DNA of 50,193 nt, counting the filler, from Jimgerdemannia flammicorona (Eukaryota), in NCBI GenBank assembly GCA_003990765.1. It is 2 parts of 2 records of this genome, joined end to end, with 100 filler letters (N's around TTAATTAATTAA, not from the genome) between each part and the next. Parts side by side here need not be neighbours in the genome. Positions count along the whole stretch, not along the records: positions 25,153 to 50,193 come from RBNJ01000889.1; 1 more part is not named here. One strand, 5' to 3'. Each line of letters opens with the position of its first letter. The first letter of the stretch is position 1. Under the pieces are notes generated by a model. That model did not search any database. It had not been told where the DNA came from and worked only from the letters and a program-made list of their open reading frames with translations. Both the position numbers and the translations under genes were made by a program. This document shows, in pieces, positions 44,704 to 50,193 of this stretch.

Positions 44704-46652
44704 CCCAGCCTCTTCCCTACTTCTATCCAAAAGTCCCCCAAAATCTCACACTCTCCCAGCCAATGTTCCAGCATCTGCACAAATCCCCCAACTTGTCCTA
44801 TATTATAACACTTCTCACAATCTAATTGGCTACCTTCTACCAAATGCCCTATATAGAAGTTCAACATAATATTCCTCTGCAGCATTCTTTACCATATTAT
44901 CCAGAATTTGGGAGGAAGCCACCTCAAGAGAGACCCTTCATCAACAACCTGACCCTGAACCAGAAGTAGGCCCTGCTATAGCTCTACCTGAACCTGAAAC
45001 CAATACTGAACCAGAACTTGACTTTGAATTAAGTCTTTCTGAAATCAGATATATAACTGATTCTATCTACTTCAATGCCAAGCAAACCCAACTACATAGA
45101 GACCAAGCTGAAGAGAAGGAGGAGTATCTCAGTAAATTCAATCCTGGATATATTACTGAAGAAGACACACCTCCATCAGGACAGAATATACCTACATAGC
45201 AATAGATAGCTATCTATGAAGCCCTTAACCCAGACCCACAACTACTACTCTAGCAACTTACACAGACTTAAAGAACACCCTCACACTCTGCACCAGTATC
45301 TCAAGTAGTACCAGTAATACTACTATCAGCAGTCCAACTACCTCCAGTAAACAATATGGCAAACCAACAGATTTTAGATCTTATAGCACAAGTAGCAATA
45401 ATGGCAGCAACTATTATTGCCTTAGCTGAACAGACTTGACCTACCAAAAATCTGAGTCTACCTACCTTTAATGGTATTATACAAGAAGTCCAAAGCTTTA
45501 TTAGTATAGTTGATACTAACTTTGAAGCCAATCAATGGACCAATGAGTGAGTTGCTGACTGCCTTCTGACAAATAATCAAGACCATACTCTGGAATAACT
45601 CTTTGCTACTACTACAGCCTATGTCTATTGAGTTGTTACATTCTTTCAAGGACCCACTGAAGAATAGTGGTGAACTCTTTCTGAAAAATCCCTCACATGA
45701 GACACCTGACCTATAGTTGTTGCCCAAAATGTAGCAAATAATACTCCAGGATATAGAGCCTATCCTACAGCCCCTGGACTGAAACAACTCATAATTGCTC
45801 AATACTGCAACAAAACTATGATTGCCAAATCTTGAGTCAAACTCTATAATCTCAAATTTGATGTATATTGCAAGGAAGAATTTAAAACCTTTTGTACAAA
45901 ACTCAAGTCACTCCTAAACACTGTTGGTCTAGAATATATTACTAATGACAAAGTACAAAATGGTACAAGAGCAGACCATCTATTCAATGCACTACCTGAA
46001 TAGCTTACAAGAAAAATCCAAAAACAAGGATGCCCAGTTGGTTGTGATCACCAACAATGGTATCTGGCAAGAATCAAGACTATGGTTAAGTGAATTCTAA
46101 TAGTTAGACTAATTCTACCCCAAAGACAATTCAATAACAAAGAAAAGACTTGGATTAAGAAAGAAGAACCTAAGCATGAAGCATCCTGAGCTCCCTCAAT
46201 ATCCATCTCATAGATATCTAGAAATCATAAACCCACCCAGCCAAGTATCTTTAAGAAACTCACTAAAGGAGAAAGAAATAAACTTTGAAGAAGCAGAGCA
46301 TACTTCTATTGCTGAAAGACAGGACACATGACCAGTGTCTGCCCTAACTAAAAACCCCAAACAGCAACATGAGTAACTATTACTACTCTGTACTATCTCA
46401 ATAATCTGACCACTAGAACACTGGACTTTGTCAAGTTAAGACAAACTGCCAAGGCCCAGTCAAAAGGCAGCTGGATATGACCTATATGCAGCTGAAGAAG
46501 CTACAGTTTCCAACCAAGAAGTTAAGCAAGTCTATATAGAAATTAGTATCCAAATCCCTGAAGGATATGTTGGAAGAATATGCTGTCACAGCAGTCTAGC
46601 ATTGAAAGAACTCTCAGTAGAAGGAGGAGTCATTGATGAAGATTATATAGGC
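44704..46652 (+). mobile_element. Family B fragment B3 (gag to mid-dUTPase), host of B1 and cut by the LINE
   Basis: 44927-46652 is collinear with B2 gag/CCHC/dUTPase. No PBS follows the preceding LTR, so that LTR belongs to B1. Confidence 0.85.
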
Positions 46653-46655
46653 ATA

Positions 46656-47930
46656 GTTACCACCTTTCTCTACTATAATTCACGTTACATACACTTTAAC
46701 AACATACTTTCAAGTCATTTATTAGAGAAATATATTAAGGCAATATCAACCAGCAAGCAAGCCAATGTATATACTAGGTCAGGTAGACCTGGGGCCTTCA
46801 ACTGGTAGTATGTCAGATGAGGGTATGGGCTGGAGATGGGGTCTTTCAGTGGTCCAAGTGGGCAGGGCAGCTCAGGCAGTAGAAGCAACATTAGTGGTGA
46901 GGCTGAAGAGCAGGTAGGGAGGAGCTTTGCTGATATGCTGAGAGATGGTGGTTGGCCGGTGGGGACTCAGGGTGGGCAGACAGGAGAGAAGGAGAAGCAG
47001 AAGGTTGGAGAAGCTGGAGGAGCTGAAGGTGCTGGACCTCAGCTAGTGGGTGGTAGGGCTAGTGGGGTAGCTGCTGGGGGTAGTGGTGGGACTACTGATG
47101 GTGGTATGACTGGGAATCTGGAAAAAAATCCAGATGTGACTGCTGATGATGGGGCTGGGCAGATGGGCCCAAAGTGAAAGGAGGACCTGGCTGACAGTGT
47201 GATGGGGCTAGCAGTAGCACCATTACTCAAGAAGTCAATTTCAGAGTTTGCAGCTACCTTGTACTTCTGGGGCTTGGTAGTGACTACAAGAATGGTCCTG
47301 GGGCTTGTCTCACAGTAGGTGGCTGAGGCAGCCTCAGTGAAGTTCCTAAAGAGGCTGGAGGGAGTTGAGGTGGGCTTTGAAGAGACAGGCCCACTGGATG
47401 AGGTGCTGAAGTCTGGAGTGGTAGTCAGGGAAGTAGTGGTCTCCATGGTGCACTGTCTGAGGTAAGACCCTAGGGTGGTATAGCTATTAGTGAAGGGGGT
47501 ACCTACAGTGATGAAGGAGGAGACTAGGAGGAGAGTAGAGGAGGTGATGGTAGAGTATGGTGATGTGGTAGATATTGGCTTCCAGGTGTAGGAGGGGACC
47601 TCTATTAGGATGAGTGATGTTAGGATTAGATTGGCTGGAAGAGAGGCCACAGGAAAGACAAGTGACTGGTCCTCAGTATTGATGTGGGGAGCTTTTGTCT
47701 ATAGGGTATTGAGGGTGAGAGGGAGTGAAGTGGAGGAGGAGGACTTGTTAGAGGCTCTAGAGGAGTTGAGTAGTATAGTTGAGCAGAGGGCAAAGACCTG
47801 GAAATTATATAAGGAGTTGATACATCTGGAGATTATTGATGAGAAGTATGTCCACACTGATAAGAGGCAGTGGGAGAGGGCTCAAGGGTACAGAAGGCAG
47901 AGGGAGTTGCTAGTGAGCATAGATGGAGGG
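46656..47930 (+). mobile_element. L1-like LINE 5' part (ORF1: Gly-rich N-terminus, SFAD, RRM-like regions), decayed, interrupted by element C
   Basis: One frame from 46743 with transition-derived stops: ..GRSFADML..LLVKGVPTVMKEE..VMVEYGDVVDIGFQV.EGTSIRMSDVRIRL; homologous to 24774-25052. Confidence 0.7.
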
Positions 47931-48333
47931 TGTAACGGTTCTAGTTTCTAAATGAGGAAGCGACTAATTCTGGTGGTTCTAAGTAGCTCAAAGAGATACT
48001 AAGGATTCAAGTGTTCTCAAAAGATTTCTGGGAGAAAATATTCTGAGGCTTTATTCATGAGAACAAAGGGGATATTTATACAAGATCTGAAAGAAGGATC
48101 CAGAAGGATCTGAGAAATCAAAGGAAAATGCCAAGAGGAAAGTTCTCGGCAAAGATGACAAATGATGACAAATAAAGTTCTACAAGTTTCCAGGACATTC
48201 AGTGACTAACTAAATAAGTACTAGTTAATGCTCGGTGCCAAGAAAGGATTTCTAAGCATTCGGAAAATGCCAGAAGGTTGTAGAATATTGGAGAAAGACA
48301 AAGAAAAGGAATAAACTACACTAAAATGTTACA
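47931..48333 (-). repeat. Family C 3' LTR (403 bp, no U3 ORF)
   Basis: TGTAAC..GTTACA perfect terminal inverted 6-mer; abuts the PPT; TATA-like gtataaatatcccc on minus near 48075. Confidence 0.9.
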
Positions 48334-50193
48334 TCTCCCCCTCCTTAAGAATCAACATCCTCGTTGAATTCTCAAAGTTACATATGATAAACAATAAGAC
48401 TAAAAGAAACTTCAAATTAAATATACCGACTCATTGGCAAGGATTGGCTGTCCTTGTATAAGGCGAGGGCTAAAGTATCATCTTGATCAGATGAGAACTG
48501 GTTTGAACCTCATTGGTTGCAGAATTTATAGGGTTCTCCTGTATCTCTTGCTTCTGATGCTGTATCCCTTAGAGAGCCCTGATGCGTAATATGCCTGATC
48601 AGCACAGTAGGTTGTCTACTATCCAAGAGGAGAACCTCACTGGCAGTCAATGAGTTCCTTTTTGCTCGAACTCTTGGATGAGGTCTTGGGAGTTCTTGAG
48701 GTTGGCGGCAGGTTCCCAGGTAGTGTCATATTCAGGGTAACCCATCTACTTGACTAGGTATTCTGTGCGATGGTATCAGACTCGTTTGTCTAAGATTTTC
48801 TCAACTTCATACTCGATGTGGTCTTCAACTATAACTGGTGCTGATGGCATCAGAATTTGGCCAGGGTATGGGGGTGACTGGTTCCAGGCCTTGAGTTGTG
48901 ACACATGGAATACTGGGTATATATACATGGTTGTCAGCAAGTTGAGATGGTAAGACCAGGTAGAGACTTGCTCGGTGATCTCGAAGGGTCCAAGGTACTT
49001 GGGCTGGAATTTGGCTGACTGGCGGTTGACTTGAGATTGAGCCTTGATGTTGTCGGCTTTGAGTAGAACCATATCGCCAATGTTGTATATGACATCTCGC
49101 CACTTCTTATCTGCATACTTAGCTTGATGTTGCTGAGCCTTTTGCAGGTTCGTAGTGGCGATCTTGAGAAGGGAATCCATTTTGTCGATAAGGTTCTGGG
49201 CTGTGGGGACTTGTGTGTGACTGGATTGCTGGAATTGGACTAGACTTGCAGGGGTCTCGGGGTTTTGACCGTGAAGTAGCTGAAATGGGGAAAGACCAGT
49301 TGATGATTGGTTGGCATTGTTATAGGCGAACTCAGCATAGGTCAGATAGTGGTCCCAATCATCTTGCTCATAAGACACGTAGTTTCTGAGCATTTGTTCA
49401 AGTGTTCTGTTCATTCGCTCTGTCTGTCTATCGGTTTAAGGATGGAAGGCTGTAGACATAGCAATTTGGATTCCAAGGGTCTTGAAGAGTGCTTGCCAGA
49501 AGTGACTTGTGAACTTGGGGTCGCGGTCGCTGATAATTACTTGGGGAAGTCCATAATGGCGGAAGACAGTCTTGAAGAAGATTCTTGCAATTTCTGGGGC
49601 AGTGGCATTGGTTGTGGTTGGCTTGGTGATTGTAATCTTGGTGAGATGGTCCACAAACACAACAATAGCATCATAGCCTGTTTTGGTTCGTGGGAGTTGT
49701 ACAATGAAGTCCATTGTGACTTGTTCGAACTTCTTGGTTGGAATTGACAAGGGTTGTAGAAGACCGGCAGGTGCTTGGTTGCTTGACTTGTTTCTTTGGC
49801 AAAGATCGCAGCTTTGGACATACTCCTTGATTTCCTTGAGCATATTTGGCCAGTAGTAGCCTTGTTGGATATTCTTGATGGTCTTCTCGGTTCCAAGGTG
49901 GCCAGCTAGTAGGGAGTCATGGTGTTCATGGAGAATCTTGTACCGTAGTTCAGGGTTGGCAGGAATATATACTTTATCTTGATAGTACACAAGGTTGTCC
50001 TTGATGGTATACTTTTCCTTGAATTCCTTGGTGTTCCTTTGTAGAACCAGAGAGTCTTGTTCGTACGCCTTCTTGATCTGGTTGAGGAATTCAGGTGCCA
50101 CGGTGACTTGTAAAATTGCGGCAAGGTCAGGTCTCCTTGAAAGTGCATCTGGTACAACTAGAGTTTTGCCAGGCTTGTAGATGATGTTTGGGG
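47931..50193 (-). mobile_element. Young chromoviral Ty3/Gypsy family C, 3' part (RH end, integrase, chromodomain, PPT, 3' LTR)
   Basis: HDSLLAGHLG..YYWP..CDLCQ, MDFIVQLP, SDRDPKFTS, YLGPFEI, EYEVEKIL..YLVK*MGY..TTWEP; PPT aaggagggggaga at 48334-48346; many CpGs retained. Confidence 0.95.

Noticed and set aside
44704..46652. Tandem element sharing the 42613-44703 LTR as its 5' LTR
   Set aside because: No PBS or B2-like leader follows the LTR; better explained as B1 inserted into B3.
47039..47650. 203-aa Ser/Thr-rich minus-strand ORF
   Set aside because: Antisense shadow of the purine-rich LINE ORF1.

Overview
Eukaryotic, most likely fungal, heterochromatic repeat cluster made almost entirely of nested and mutationally decayed transposons. 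G:C->A:T transitions are pervasive and CpG is nearly absent except in the youngest inserts. Left to right: non-LTR 3' remnants; an apparently endonuclease-less Penelope-like RT (2.1-4.0 kb); an intron-containing hAT transposase; a full-length non-chromoviral Ty3/Gypsy element 'A' (11407-20146, minus, ~1.5 kb LTRs); a Plavaka-type transposase; an L1-like LINE 5' end; a 100-bp artificial contig linker; a small secreted-peptide ORF; a nest of chromoviral Ty3/Gypsy family 'B' copies (~2.07 kb LTRs; full-length copy 30060-40714); a second LINE copy; and a young chromovirus 'C'. The main result is that the two distinct Gypsy lineages A and B share an accessory toolkit: (i) a dUTPase, (ii) a conserved ~40-aa C-x-H-x12-C-x2-C module beside it, in permuted order (A: PR-ZnF-dUT-RT; B: gag-dUT-ZnF-PR-RT), (iii) a homologous ~130-aa domain of unknown function encoded in the U3 of their long LTRs, and (iv) twin CRE-like palindromes 15 bp apart at the end of that U3 ORF. 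A solo-LTR variant shows that the U3 cassette is exchangeable. All alignments were made by eye, with no database searches.
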